Of a stretch of 64,000 nt of DNA, positions 23,285 to 33,264 are shown in pieces. The stretch is from positions 3,296,001-3,360,000 of the forward strand of contig OY764216.1 of assembly GCA_963668315.1 (NCBI GenBank), given 5' to 3'. The first letter of the stretch is position 1; each line of letters starts with the position of its first letter. The translations under genes were made by a program, and so were the position numbers. The notes below the pieces were generated by a model that was not told the DNA's origin, searched no databases, and was given only the letters and a program-made list of their open reading frames with translations. This DNA comes from Spirochaetia bacterium (GTDB lineage: Bacteria; Spirochaetota; Spirochaetia; DSM-2461).

Positions 23285-23767
23285 TTAATTATTAATAATT
23301 CTTGGAGGCCAATAAATACCTGAAACATTTAAACTACTCCATATCTCTTGTTTATTATCCCCAGAATAAGAAGGAGAAAAATAGTTATCTATATCTTGTA
23401 TAAATATATCAAAATCTTCTTTTTCCTGATTGTTCCATTCATGTAATTTCTCAATTACAATTTCTAATGTATCATTATCCCCAGATATTTTATAAACAAA
23501 ATGGAATTTGTAATCGATCTGTTCATAGAATCTTCCTTCAAGCTCAATGTTTTGAAAAATATTCTTGCCTAATTTAATTTTTGATTCTTGAATGAAAGTT
23601 GACCAAATACTACTAACATAAAAAGATTCCCATGATTTTAAATTGTGATAAAAATCTTCTTCAAAATCAGTGTAATCGTCATATTTTTTTGAAAATTTAG
23701 TTTCTGCAAGATTCATCATGTTTTCAAATATTTCAGATAATGCTATTACAAAATATGGTTTGTTCAA
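23285..23767 (-). CDS. Hypothetical protein
   Basis: 160-aa ORF, TTG start with GGAG RBS. Confidence 0.55.
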   Translation of the reverse strand: MNKPYFVIALSEIFENMMNLAETKFSKKYDDYTDFEEDFYHNLKSWESFYVSSIWSTFIQESKIKLGKNIFQNIELEGRFYEQIDYKFHFVYKISGDNDTLEIVIEKLHEWNNQEKEDFDIFIQDIDNYFSPSYSGDNKQEIWSSLNVSGIYWPPRIINN

Positions 23768-23811
23768 AATAATTCTCCAAAAAATAAATATAGATATATA
23801 TAACTAAAATT

Positions 23812-24438
23812 CTATAAAGTCAAAATCTTTTCAAAAACAAGTTGATATATTCCTTGAGGCATATCATTAACAATATGATCATATGTTCCAGTACTACTGT
23901 AATAGTAAAAATATAGAAAAAACCATTCAAAGAAATTTACTCCATTATGGTATAATTGATCTAATCGCTCTATTTGATCGGTTGAACTTATATATTCATG
24001 ACTTTGTATATCCAATAAAGATCTTCCATATTTAGTAAAAGTAATACCTTTTTTTTCATATAGAGAAATAAGGGCGTTTCTTTTTCTTCCATCCTTTAGT
24101 TTCAATATATTTTCATATAATTGATTAAGATCATTAATCGTGTCATTTTTATCATTAAAAAGATAAGTTAAATAAAACGCAGCAGAAAATATAAACATTT
24201 CTATAGGAATATATGTTTTAGGTATGAAGCTTATTTTTAATGCAAGAAGAAATCCACTTCTCGAATTTGGGGCAGAGTTTAATTCTGATTTTAACGCATC
24301 GAATTTCTCAAAGGATGTATAATTTTTCCATCCTTCTGAACTTGTATCGAAAATGGATTTCCATCCTAATCTAGTTATTTCTTTATGCTCCTCTAGAACC
24401 TCTTTTAACTCGTTACTTAATTCGTCGGATTTATTCAT
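23812..24438 (-). CDS. Hypothetical protein
   Basis: 208-aa AT-rich ORF with AGGA RBS. Confidence 0.6.
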   Translation of the reverse strand: MNKSDELSNELKEVLEEHKEITRLGWKSIFDTSSEGWKNYTSFEKFDALKSELNSAPNSRSGFLLALKISFIPKTYIPIEMFIFSAAFYLTYLFNDKNDTINDLNQLYENILKLKDGRKRNALISLYEKKGITFTKYGRSLLDIQSHEYISSTDQIERLDQLYHNGVNFFEWFFLYFYYYSSTGTYDHIVNDMPQGIYQLVFEKILTL

Positions 24439-24677
24439 TTATTTTCCTAATTATTTGAATGTTGCACATATAAATTACAGAGAAACAATACCATAAATGA
24501 TGATATGTATAAATCATAATAGTTCTTTTTCTATACTTATCTTCCTCTTTTTTTCATTAATTGATGAATATCGGATTAGTCTTTTTTTGTTCTCTATAAG
24601 AGCGTTCTTTTATCGAACCCCTTAAAATTCCATTTTTACAAATACTCTCGTTATAAACAAGGATATTCTTAAGCCGC

Positions 24678-24703
24678 TGTAATTTCTAACATTATCCTGA
24701 CCA
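24678..24703. repeat. Orphan transposon end similar to the element B terminus
   Basis: TGTAATTTCTAACATTATCCTGACCA, one mismatch to the 24949 end. Confidence 0.7.
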
Positions 24704-24759
24704 CACCCTATGCCCGGAAGATAAAAGAGGCTGATCATGTATTTACGGAAATCCCCTTT

Positions 24760-24948
24760 ATGCTGGAGAGGAAGTATCATGGGCAGATAGATCTGATTCT
24801 TGAAACGGAAGCAGAGCTGCTGATACTGGATTTTAAGAGCGACCTTCTGCGGGAGAGAGCCGATGAAATCAAGGCTCATTACCAGCGGCAGTTAGGTTTG
24901 TATGTCGATGCGCTGGAGGAGCTGGTTGAGAAGCCTGTGAGAGGGTAG
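24760..24948 (+). pseudogene. RecB/AddA-like PD-(D/E)XK nuclease remnant
   Basis: GQIDL...ILDFKSD...YQRQLGLY. Confidence 0.65.
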
Positions 24949-25050
24949 TGTAATTTCTCACATTATCCTGACCAAATCTTTTCACGTCCAGTTAGTCCAT
25001 TTCTCACACCCAAATAAACATCCCCGCCGTCACCAACAGGGATGCTTTTC

Positions 25051-25857
25051 TTAAAGAATCAGTTCTGTAGAAGCCATCCGGACATGCTCCGGAGAGACCG
25101 TGTGCTGCTCGTCCATAACAGCCGCCAGCATGGCCGTTTTTGCAATGAGATTGGCGCGGCGTAATATCCCGCCGGAACTCTGATGTATGGCAAAGACCGT
25201 CTCTGCCGGGAATATATTCTGTTTCAGTCCAGCCAACTCCAGGTGGTGTTTCAGGTATTCCTCCATCACCTCTTTCTTAATTGCTTCCAGATGGTTTCGC
25301 CCCAAGACCCGAGAGGCTAAGGGCCGAGCCGCCGATGTCATCAGATGATCCATGAGCCCCTCCTGGCCGCAGAGAATTACCGGCATAACAGGCCTGGAGT
25401 CATATTCGAATTGGAGAAGCGTATGAAGTTGTGAAAAAACATTGCTCTTGAAGAGATGGGCCTCGTCAATAATAAGAATCGGGGTGACATTGCGGGAGGC
25501 GATTTCACTGATCTGGTCCCGAATCAGTTTGACCATAAAGGCTATCTGATAGGAGGAAAACTCCACTCCGAAAGCCAACAGAAGATGGCGGTAGAGTTCC
25601 ATCAGGCTGTACTGCCCGCCGATCAGGGAGATGATCTGATACTCGCTGGTTCTGAACTGATGGGCCATATATCGCAGAGAGGTCGATTTTCCCGATCCCA
25701 CGTCGCCAGTAATCAGGGAATTGGCTTTCTGTTCCACAGCGAAGGTTACCCGCTGCTTCAGAGGGGCTAAAGCGGGAAGCGGGTAGAGATCCCTGACGGG
25801 AATATCCTGCAGAAAGGGTTCTTTCTTTAATCCGAAAAAATGCCGGATACTTTCCAT
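25051..25857 (-). CDS. ExeA-like AAA+ ATPase of transposon B
   Basis: GDVGSGKS, IIDEAH, ILCGQ. Confidence 0.88.
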   Translation of the reverse strand: MESIRHFFGLKKEPFLQDIPVRDLYPLPALAPLKQRVTFAVEQKANSLITGDVGSGKSTSLRYMAHQFRTSEYQIISLIGGQYSLMELYRHLLLAFGVEFSSYQIAFMVKLIRDQISEIASRNVTPILIIDEAHLFKSNVFSQLHTLLQFEYDSRPVMPVILCGQEGLMDHLMTSAARPLASRVLGRNHLEAIKKEVMEEYLKHHLELAGLKQNIFPAETVFAIHQSSGGILRRANLIAKTAMLAAVMDEQHTVSPEHVRMASTELIL

Positions 25858-27122
25858 CAGAACCCCCCTCTTGTTTTCTCAAAGAGAGATCCACTTTTGG
25901 GCGAGACCGATGTTTGTTCCCGGTGGACACGGCTGTTGCTCTGCTGAGTCAACGTCGAGAGAAATCCCCGGGACTCGTTATCCAGGAAGACTTCTATCCG
26001 ATTATAGTTCTCATACCGGAGAGTCACCTGGAGACCGATCAGCCCCAGGGGGGCTTCAAAAAGATGGCCGTCCAGTTTGACCGTTCTGTCATTATTCACT
26101 TTCCTTACGGCTCTCTTTCGAAAATACCGGGGAAGATTATCCGGAGCTTTCCTGAGGTAACCGGCACCCTTGATATACCGGTTGATCGGTTCCTGCCCTG
26201 TACCACCGTGCTTTCTGTTATGATACTGTTCCAGAAAGGCTATGAAACATTCGTTCAGCACCTCCAGGGTAAGTTCCTCCGGAAGTTCCGACAGAAATTG
26301 GGATCGGACCGTACGGAAGAACCGTTCAATCTTCCCTTTTCCCTGGGGACGATAGGGTTTGGCAAAGGAGAGTCCGATTTCCAGGGAAGAACATCCCAGT
26401 TGAAGCTGATGGGCTTTGAAGGAGGGGCCGTTGTCCACATAGATCTTTCGGGGCAGGCCCCGTTTCCGCATCCCCGTCCAGAGACAATCCAGATAGTTAT
26501 CCAGATTCTCCGCCAGATAGAACTGGCCATGGGGTATGAGCCGTGAATGATCATCTATGATGGCAAAGAGATAGCTTTTTCGGAGGCTGCCCTCATGAAA
26601 AACACGGGGGCCATGCATACAGTCCGATTGCCACAGATCATTGGGCATCTGTACCTCGAACTTTCTCATATCCTCCTTCTTCCGGGATGACTTCATCTTA
26701 TATTTCTTCAGTAGCCGGTAAACCGTAGCCAGGGAAACATCCGACTCCGGAGGAAAAGCTCCTTTCATTCGAGCCATTTCCACCAGACGGGGGACGGATA
26801 CTTTGGGATATTCCTGCCTGAGGCGGAAAAGCGTATCGATAGCTTCATTATCCAGGCTTCGGGTACGGCCCCGGTCTCCCCGGTCCTCCGGATAGAGGGC
26901 TTCGATTTTCCGTCCTCCCTCTTCATAACGGCGCAACCAACCGAGTATTGTGGCCTTGCTGATGTAGGTTCTATCCGAAAAGGGGATTTCCCATTCCCGA
27001 CTGACCAATTCCCGCAAGATCCGGGTTTTCTCTCCCCAGTTTTCCTGCACACGACATTCCACCAGGGGGAAAATCACCCCGAAACGGAAGACGGCTATTT
27101 TCTCTTTCTTTTCCTGATCCAT
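25857..27122 (-). CDS. DDE (rve/Mu-like) transposase of transposon B
   Basis: WQSDCMHGP, IDDHSR, YVDNG, GKGKIERFF. Confidence 0.9.
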   Translation of the reverse strand: MDQEKKEKIAVFRFGVIFPLVECRVQENWGEKTRILRELVSREWEIPFSDRTYISKATILGWLRRYEEGGRKIEALYPEDRGDRGRTRSLDNEAIDTLFRLRQEYPKVSVPRLVEMARMKGAFPPESDVSLATVYRLLKKYKMKSSRKKEDMRKFEVQMPNDLWQSDCMHGPRVFHEGSLRKSYLFAIIDDHSRLIPHGQFYLAENLDNYLDCLWTGMRKRGLPRKIYVDNGPSFKAHQLQLGCSSLEIGLSFAKPYRPQGKGKIERFFRTVRSQFLSELPEELTLEVLNECFIAFLEQYHNRKHGGTGQEPINRYIKGAGYLRKAPDNLPRYFRKRAVRKVNNDRTVKLDGHLFEAPLGLIGLQVTLRYENYNRIEVFLDNESRGFLSTLTQQSNSRVHREQTSVSPKSGSLFEKTRGGF

Positions 27123-27632
27123 TAACGGCTCCTTACAAAATTCTCACTTAAATCTAAATCCGTAAGGGCCGGGTTGTCACCGCAAAAGGCAGGTAGGGAC
27201 TTTGGGGAAGGTAGGTTATATCATGATAATTCAGACGAAATGTCACTTGTTTTTGATTCATGAGCGCTGAGGAAATCTCCGGCCAGTTCTGAGTCCGCTT
27301 ACTCTGGAACCAATAGGCCTTCATCCAATACTGCTGGCATTGTCGGGATAGGGAGAGGTTATAGGTTTCTCCCCGGAGTTTCTGCTCCAGGCAAGAGTGA
27401 ATCGTCTCCCAGGGATATTGAAAGCCGGGAGAATAGCCCGGTGGTCTGACAGTATGGACGGCACCTGTAGAATCCAACATTAATCTATCAGATTATTCTA
27501 TCAATATTCCACAATAAAATATTTTTATACTTCATTTTCACAAAATAAATTATCGATAAAAAAGGGATAGCCTATTGTTCCTGCAAGAACGGCTATCCCA
27601 ACCCATAAATCATAATTTATTTTCGGACGGAT

Positions 27633-28121
27633 TTGGCTGTCCTTAAAGAGAAACATAAGAATTATGTCTGGAGGAAACCAAGAAGATGTCCTTCCTGCCA
27701 AAGTTTCAGGATCTGGGGGCATGGTTATGTACTGCGTTATTTCGACGAATTTCCGGAAGGACTCTACCTCAAAAGATTCCGCTGTCCCGAGTGCGGAGCG
27801 GTACATACGGCCAGGCCTGTTGCATATTTCCCCAGGTTTCAATCAACCGCTACAGAAATTTATCGAAGCCTTTCTCATAAGTTAGAATCCCATACCTGGT
27901 TCACATCCTTCAGCCGTCAAAGGCAGCAATACTGGTATCGGGGACTGATGAAACAAGCTGCTATTCAGGGACTGAATTTTGATCTCTCCCTTTTCCTTTC
28001 AGACAGCGTTCAGAATCGGTTCTGCTTCCCCTCACATTCGATAAATCATGATGTGAAATCGGTAGCTCTCTGCATGACCTACCTTAGCTTTGCAGTGACA
28101 ACTAATAAAATACCGCCTTAA
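27633..28121 (+). CDS. Zn-finger protein (DUF6431-like), orf1 of transposon A
   Basis: CPSC...GHG.V.R...RFRCPECG. Confidence 0.7.
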   Translation: MAVLKEKHKNYVWRKPRRCPSCQSFRIWGHGYVLRYFDEFPEGLYLKRFRCPECGAVHTARPVAYFPRFQSTATEIYRSLSHKLESHTWFTSFSRQRQQYWYRGLMKQAAIQGLNFDLSLFLSDSVQNRFCFPSHSINHDVKSVALCMTYLSFAVTTNKIPP

Positions 28122-28149
28122 ATGGAAATAAAACGTTTTAGGAGGTTTT

Positions 28150-29439
28150 ATGACCAAAGAAGAACGAGAAAAAGTAGCCGCCTTCCGGTTTTCTGTGATC
28201 TATCCTTTACTGGATCTGAGCAGAGAAGATTGGGGTATGCAAAGGGATGTCCTTGATAAATTGACGGCTAGGGAGTGGAATATCCCTTTTTCCACCCGTA
28301 CCTATATCAGCCGCGCGACTATCCTCAGTTGGCTCAGAAAGTATGAATCCAGCGGTCGGCAAATAGAGAGTCTGCATCCCAAAAGCCGGGGGGACCAGGG
28401 CGGATGCCGCATTATGGACAGGGAAACAGAACTGGCCTTCATTAATCTGAGAAAGGATTTTATGAAGGCATCCGTTCCCGTCTTGATGAGGCTGGCCCGG
28501 CAAAGAAATGTACTTCCTCCCGACTTCAACGCCTCCTCCCAATCCATCTATAGAATTCTGAAAAAACATGGACTGGGTAAGGAGAGGAAGCAGAAGGAAG
28601 ATATGTTGAAGTTCGAAGTGGAGTTTCCCAATGACCTCTGGCAATCGGACTGTATGCACGGTCCTTATGTCATTCATGAGGGCCGCCGTAGAAAATCCTA
28701 TATGTTCGCCATCATCGACGATCATTCCCGTCTTATTCCCCATGCCCAGTTCTATCTACGGGAGAATGTGGACAATTTTATCGACTGTATGAAGAAAGCC
28801 CTGGTTAAGCGTGGCCTTCCCCGTAAACTCTACACGGACAACGGCGCTTATTTCAAATCCCATAAGCTTCAATACGGTTGCGCTTCTCTGGGGATTGTTC
28901 TGACGTATGCGAAGCCCTACCGCCCTCAAGGGAAAGGGAAAATCGAAAGATTTAACAGGACGGTCAGGATGGAGGTTCTTCAAGCCCTTCCGGAAGAACT
29001 GACATTGGAGGAATTGAACGGGCATCTCGCTGCTTTCATTGATGAGAATTATCATATTAGGAAACACTCTTCAATCCGGGAGAAACCTCTGGACCGTTAT
29101 TTGAAATCACTAACCCTTCTTCGATCGGCTCCGGAGAATCTGAATGATTATTTTCGTAAGAGACTGCTCAGAACGGTAACCAATGACAGATCGGTCAGTA
29201 TCGAGGGAAAACTATACCAGGCACCCATCGGTCTGGCAGGGCAGAAGGTCTACCTCTCTTACGATGAATCGGATATGAGCCGGGTAGAAATCTTTATTGC
29301 CGATAAATCCAGAGGATTTCTTAAACCTATGGACGTGCATATCAATAGCCAGGTCAAACGTTCAGAGATTCAAGCTGATCTGAATTCCAATCCCTATAGC
29401 GGCGGACAACTATTCTCGGAGGAAGAAAACGATGATTGA
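28150..29439 (+). CDS. DDE transposase/integrase of transposon A
   Basis: WQSDCMHGP, IDDHSR, YTDNG, GKIERFNRT; AGGAGG RBS. Confidence 0.9.
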   Translation: MTKEEREKVAAFRFSVIYPLLDLSREDWGMQRDVLDKLTAREWNIPFSTRTYISRATILSWLRKYESSGRQIESLHPKSRGDQGGCRIMDRETELAFINLRKDFMKASVPVLMRLARQRNVLPPDFNASSQSIYRILKKHGLGKERKQKEDMLKFEVEFPNDLWQSDCMHGPYVIHEGRRRKSYMFAIIDDHSRLIPHAQFYLRENVDNFIDCMKKALVKRGLPRKLYTDNGAYFKSHKLQYGCASLGIVLTYAKPYRPQGKGKIERFNRTVRMEVLQALPEELTLEELNGHLAAFIDENYHIRKHSSIREKPLDRYLKSLTLLRSAPENLNDYFRKRLLRTVTNDRSVSIEGKLYQAPIGLAGQKVYLSYDESDMSRVEIFIADKSRGFLKPMDVHINSQVKRSEIQADLNSNPYSGGQLFSEEENDD

Positions 29440-30235
29440 TATAAAGCATTTTTACGGATTAACACAGGAGCCCTATTCTCAGAAAATCAAATTGGATGAT
29501 CTCTATATGCTGCCTGGACTACCGCCCCTTTTGGACAGATTTGAATACGCCGTAAAGCTGGGAGCTATCTCTCTCATCACTGGGGAAGTAGGATCCGGGA
29601 AATCCACATCTCTGAGATTGGCGTGTAGTAAGTTCCACCCGGGGAAGTACAAGATTATCTCGCTGGTCGCTACATCGGGCAGTATGATGGAGCTTTTACG
29701 GCAGTTTCTTATGGAGTTTGGGGAGGAGTACCGTTCATTTCAGCTGGCTATCGCGATGAAAAATGTCCGGGATATCATAAAAGACATTGCTTCAAAGAAA
29801 AAAGTCCCCATTCTCGTTATAGATGAAGCCCATCTTCTTAAGTCCAAGGTCTTCAACCAGCTTCATACTCTCTGTCAGTTTGATTTTGATTCAAACCCGA
29901 TTATGCCCATAATTCTCTGCGGGCAGGACGGGCTCATAGACAAACTCATGGCTATTTCCGCCAAACCCCTGGCATCGCGTATCGTGGGGCGCTCCCATTT
30001 GGACAGTCTGAATCTGAAGCATATGAAAGGATACCTGGAACATCATCTTCATCTGGCCGGGATGGAGAAGCCCCTATTCGCAGATGAAGCCATTCTTGCT
30101 ATCCATCAAACATCGGGAGGACTTCTAAGACGGGCTAACACCATCGCCAGGGGAGCTATGATGGCGGCGGCGAAAGAAAAAAGTCAGCTCGTTTCCGCGG
30201 AACATGTTCGCATCGCTCAGACCGAAATCATCTAA
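29432..30235 (+). CDS. ExeA-like AAA+ ATPase of transposon A
   Basis: GEVGSGKS, VIDEAH, ILCGQ. Confidence 0.88.
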   Translation: MIDIKHFYGLTQEPYSQKIKLDDLYMLPGLPPLLDRFEYAVKLGAISLITGEVGSGKSTSLRLACSKFHPGKYKIISLVATSGSMMELLRQFLMEFGEEYRSFQLAIAMKNVRDIIKDIASKKKVPILVIDEAHLLKSKVFNQLHTLCQFDFDSNPIMPIILCGQDGLIDKLMAISAKPLASRIVGRSHLDSLNLKHMKGYLEHHLHLAGMEKPLFADEAILAIHQTSGGLLRRANTIARGAMMAAAKEKSQLVSAEHVRIAQTEII

Positions 30236-30249
30236 CAGGAGGAAGCCGT

Positions 30250-30555
30250 ATGGATAATGGGAAAACTTTTTTTCGCTTTACTCCTCCTGAAACTTATCTT
30301 TTCATGGAGAAAACCAGGCAGGTAGCCTATATGTTGTGGGGTAGGTGGTGCCATGAGAAATATGAAGAGGTCAGTCGGTTTTTGGATCTGACGTTTAAGG
30401 TCTCGCCGGTGAGAATGGAGGCAGCCTGTGAGAGAGCTCTCTATTATGGAAAGGTCTCTGTACCGGTAATTGAGGAGATACTTGAGAAGGAGTGGGATGA
30501 ACTTTCTCTTGATCCTGATGCGGATTTTGACGGACAGTTAAGTTTGCCGTTCTAA
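30250..30555 (+). CDS. Small ORF of transposon A resembling the IstA C-terminal helical domain
   Basis: AGGAGG RBS; RMEAACERALYYG..S...IEEILEK. Confidence 0.65.
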   Translation: MDNGKTFFRFTPPETYLFMEKTRQVAYMLWGRWCHEKYEEVSRFLDLTFKVSPVRMEAACERALYYGKVSVPVIEEILEKEWDELSLDPDADFDGQLSLPF

Positions 30556-30563
30556 GATTTATG

Positions 30564-30582
30564 GCTTCCCTTTCGGGGAAGC
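30564..30582 (+). terminator. Terminator-like hairpin in transposon A
   Basis: GCTTCCC-TTTCG-GGGAAGC. Confidence 0.5.
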
Positions 30583-31060
30583 TGTTAAAATAATTTGGAT
30601 TCCAGAATAATCTGGAAGTTTTGGTCAGGATAATGTGTGATTCAACAGCACCGCAATCGGGGCAACGGTAGCGCTTTATCCAGAGGGCCAGAGGGAATCC
30701 ATAGAAATATCTTGGGACAAATCCGTGACCCCAGAGGCGTATCCCCTGGCAGGAGGGACATCGTCCCGGCTTCTTCCAGGGAAATTCTTTACCAAAGGCT
30801 TGAAGTTTTTCCAAATTTATCCGAATAATAAGTAACAGATTTGTCTCCCTTCGCGGGGGGATTTTCAGTAAGGGAGCAAGTGAACATTTGGTCGTGGGCA
30901 CTGCTCCTTTTTTTATGTTCGGATAAAATGAGAAATGTCTGTTATCTGTTGTAAGAAAAAGTTTAACTCAAAGAGAAATATTCATGGATGTCTGAGGCAG
31001 GATAATGTGAGAAATTACAGTAGTGTGTTTATCTGTTTGGAGAAGAGGAGTCAATTCCTG

Positions 31061-33178
31061 CTACTCTTCCATAAGTTCCTTCAGTTCTTCCAGAAGAGGA
31101 TTGCCCGGTTCTTCTTTCATAAACACATTCAAGTGTTCCATGGCTCTTGTTAATGCTACATAAAGCAGATTCCGTGATTGTTTCCGGGCGGTCTCTTCGG
31201 ATAAGCCGGACGTATTAATCGTCAATCGGGGAAGAAAAAGCATGGTAACGGGCAAATCCAGCCCCTTACAGGCATGGATCGTGGAAAGACGAATTCCGGG
31301 AGTCTCATCAAAGGAGAAATTCTTATCACTGATATTGGCCGATTCCCATCCTGCCCCCGTAAGTCTCTCCGCCGTCCGGTCAATCATTTTATTTTCCGGA
31401 ACCAGAATACAGATATTTTCCTTGTCATAGTTCAGCAGGGTAATATAGGCCCGGATCTTATTGATCATTTGCTCATAAAGGTCTTCCGATCTCTCTCCCA
31501 GATACAGTTCAGGATGGGGTCCTTCACGAAAGGCATTGGGGGCAATCTCTCTATCAGGCTTTTCCGCTTCAGAGTTTTTTATCCCTAAGCGCAGTTTTTC
31601 TGCCAGCCTATGGATAGGAAGGGTGTTGCGATAATTATGTTTGAGAATCTTTGTCCGGCCGGATAAGGCCAGCCCGGCCCGGGCATAGGGAGATTGTATC
31701 CCGTAGATAGTCTGGTCCCCATCTCCCGCCATAATCAGACTGATGCGGGCCAGTTGCTTATAGATCCTCAATTCCACAACGGAAAGATCCTGGGATTCAT
31801 CGATAAAAATATAATCGGTTTGAGGTACGGGACAGCTCTCTAGAAGAAGTTTTCGGGATAATCCCTTGGAAACGACGCCTTCATCAAGCATGATATTTTC
31901 CCACTCTTCCTTTATTTCCCAGAGCTCTTCCCGTTCCTTCTGAGTAAGACGTATCTTTAATCCACGTCGGGCTATCATATTCTCTATATACTCTTCCCGG
32001 GTTATTCCCTGTCCGTAGATATATTCTTCAATTTCCCGTTTCAGTTCATTTTTATTAAGTTTGCTGTGGGAGAAATCATCCAAATGGTAAAAGGGTTTAG
32101 TATAATCCATCCGGTAATGTCCCAGCTGATTAAAAAGATTGTTGAGAATGCGGTCGGAAGTCTCTATGGAAATATCGCTTTTCTCCAGAGACATGATATG
32201 GGAAAGATAGCGGTCGTATTTTACAAGGGTACGTGTATAAGTGATAAGAAGGATCTCTTTTTTATCCAGGCCCAGGATATCCCTATTGATTTGCTTCAGA
32301 GCTTCTAAAAGAACCAGGGTCTTACCAGTACCCGCTCCCCCTTTAATCAGAAAGTCATTATTCAAATTGATGCTGTCCAGTACATCCTTCTGTTCCGGAG
32401 TTAACTGTACCAGACTCCGTTCATAATCCAGCCGGGTTGTGGTGAGGAGAGTCATTTTCAGAAGATTGAGATAGTACTCTTTTACATCCTCCAGATCATT
32501 CAGCCTATTTTGAGCTTCCTTCTGCTTAAGCTTCCAGTCATTTCGTTCTTTGCGCAAATCATCGATCTTCTCTTTCCTTTGCTCCGTCTGACTTTTAAGA
32601 AACTCCAATTCCATATCAAGGGCAAGAATTCTCGTACTGTAATGATCGTTCTCCTTATTCAGGGAATCGTATTTTTCAAGGTCAGCCGTTAATTGCTTTC
32701 GTTTTCTATTGGACATGTGAAGCTTAAACTTCGTATCCAACAGTTCCTGAGAAAGTTCAACATGGGATCGTTTATCCTTCCAGTCATCCAAATGTTCGGA
32801 CAGTTCATTTAGATTTTCCGATTCAAGCCCGACGATCTGACAGAATTCAATAAAATTATATGTGGCAATCTGGACTTGCTCCAACCCGGTATCGCCGAAT
32901 TCATGACGAACTTTATTGGTTATGGTACGTTGATCAGAAATACGTTTAAAGGTCTTATTGCTCGAGATCGGTTTATGGAAAGTATCAATAAGATACCGTT
33001 TATAGCCATGCAGATTATCATTAAAAGAGGCACTTAAGTGATTCGCATTAAAATCGGGATAATTTTCATTCAGATATTTTTCTATAAAGGAGTGGGTTGC
33101 CAAAACGAAGAATCCCTTGTCAGAAGCGATCATATTCGTCAGTCTTTTTACATGATTATTCCAGTCTGTATTTTCCAT
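31061..33178 (-). CDS. SF1 (UvrD-like) helicase with N-terminal helical and coiled-coil region
   Basis: GGAGTGKT, FIDESQD, AGDGDQTIY, NYRNT, STIHACKGLD, LYVALTRA. Confidence 0.85.
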   Translation of the reverse strand: MENTDWNNHVKRLTNMIASDKGFFVLATHSFIEKYLNENYPDFNANHLSASFNDNLHGYKRYLIDTFHKPISSNKTFKRISDQRTITNKVRHEFGDTGLEQVQIATYNFIEFCQIVGLESENLNELSEHLDDWKDKRSHVELSQELLDTKFKLHMSNRKRKQLTADLEKYDSLNKENDHYSTRILALDMELEFLKSQTEQRKEKIDDLRKERNDWKLKQKEAQNRLNDLEDVKEYYLNLLKMTLLTTTRLDYERSLVQLTPEQKDVLDSINLNNDFLIKGGAGTGKTLVLLEALKQINRDILGLDKKEILLITYTRTLVKYDRYLSHIMSLEKSDISIETSDRILNNLFNQLGHYRMDYTKPFYHLDDFSHSKLNKNELKREIEEYIYGQGITREEYIENMIARRGLKIRLTQKEREELWEIKEEWENIMLDEGVVSKGLSRKLLLESCPVPQTDYIFIDESQDLSVVELRIYKQLARISLIMAGDGDQTIYGIQSPYARAGLALSGRTKILKHNYRNTLPIHRLAEKLRLGIKNSEAEKPDREIAPNAFREGPHPELYLGERSEDLYEQMINKIRAYITLLNYDKENICILVPENKMIDRTAERLTGAGWESANISDKNFSFDETPGIRLSTIHACKGLDLPVTMLFLPRLTINTSGLSEETARKQSRNLLYVALTRAMEHLNVFMKEEPGNPLLEELKELMEE

Positions 33179-33264
33179 AACGTTATTCTATGGTTTCTTT
33201 GTAAGAATGACAAGGAATGAAAGAAAAAAATCAATAAACTAATGTCTATATTTAAACCAGTTTA

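Larger units (their letters stand above)
27466..30647 (+). mobile_element. Four-gene transposon A copy 1
   Basis: 3182 bp, TGTAGAATC...GATTCAACA, 5-bp TSD GCACC. Confidence 0.93.
27154..30901 (-). pseudogene. Zn-finger orf1 of transposon B split by transposon A (30648..30901 + 27154..27465)
   Basis: RCPSC...RYRCPDCGAV|HTVRPP; homologous to 27633..28121. Confidence 0.75.
24949..31019 (-). mobile_element. Transposon B (Zn-finger ORF, DDE transposase, ExeA-like ATPase), interrupted by transposon A
   Basis: Perfect 22-bp IR TGTAATTTCTCACATTATCCTG; GTAG on both flanks; about 2.9 kb without the insert. Confidence 0.85.

Noticed and set aside
25051..30235. ExeA ATPases as type II secretion components
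   Set aside because: They lie within IR- and TSD-bounded elements, coupled to DDE transposases; no secretion genes nearby
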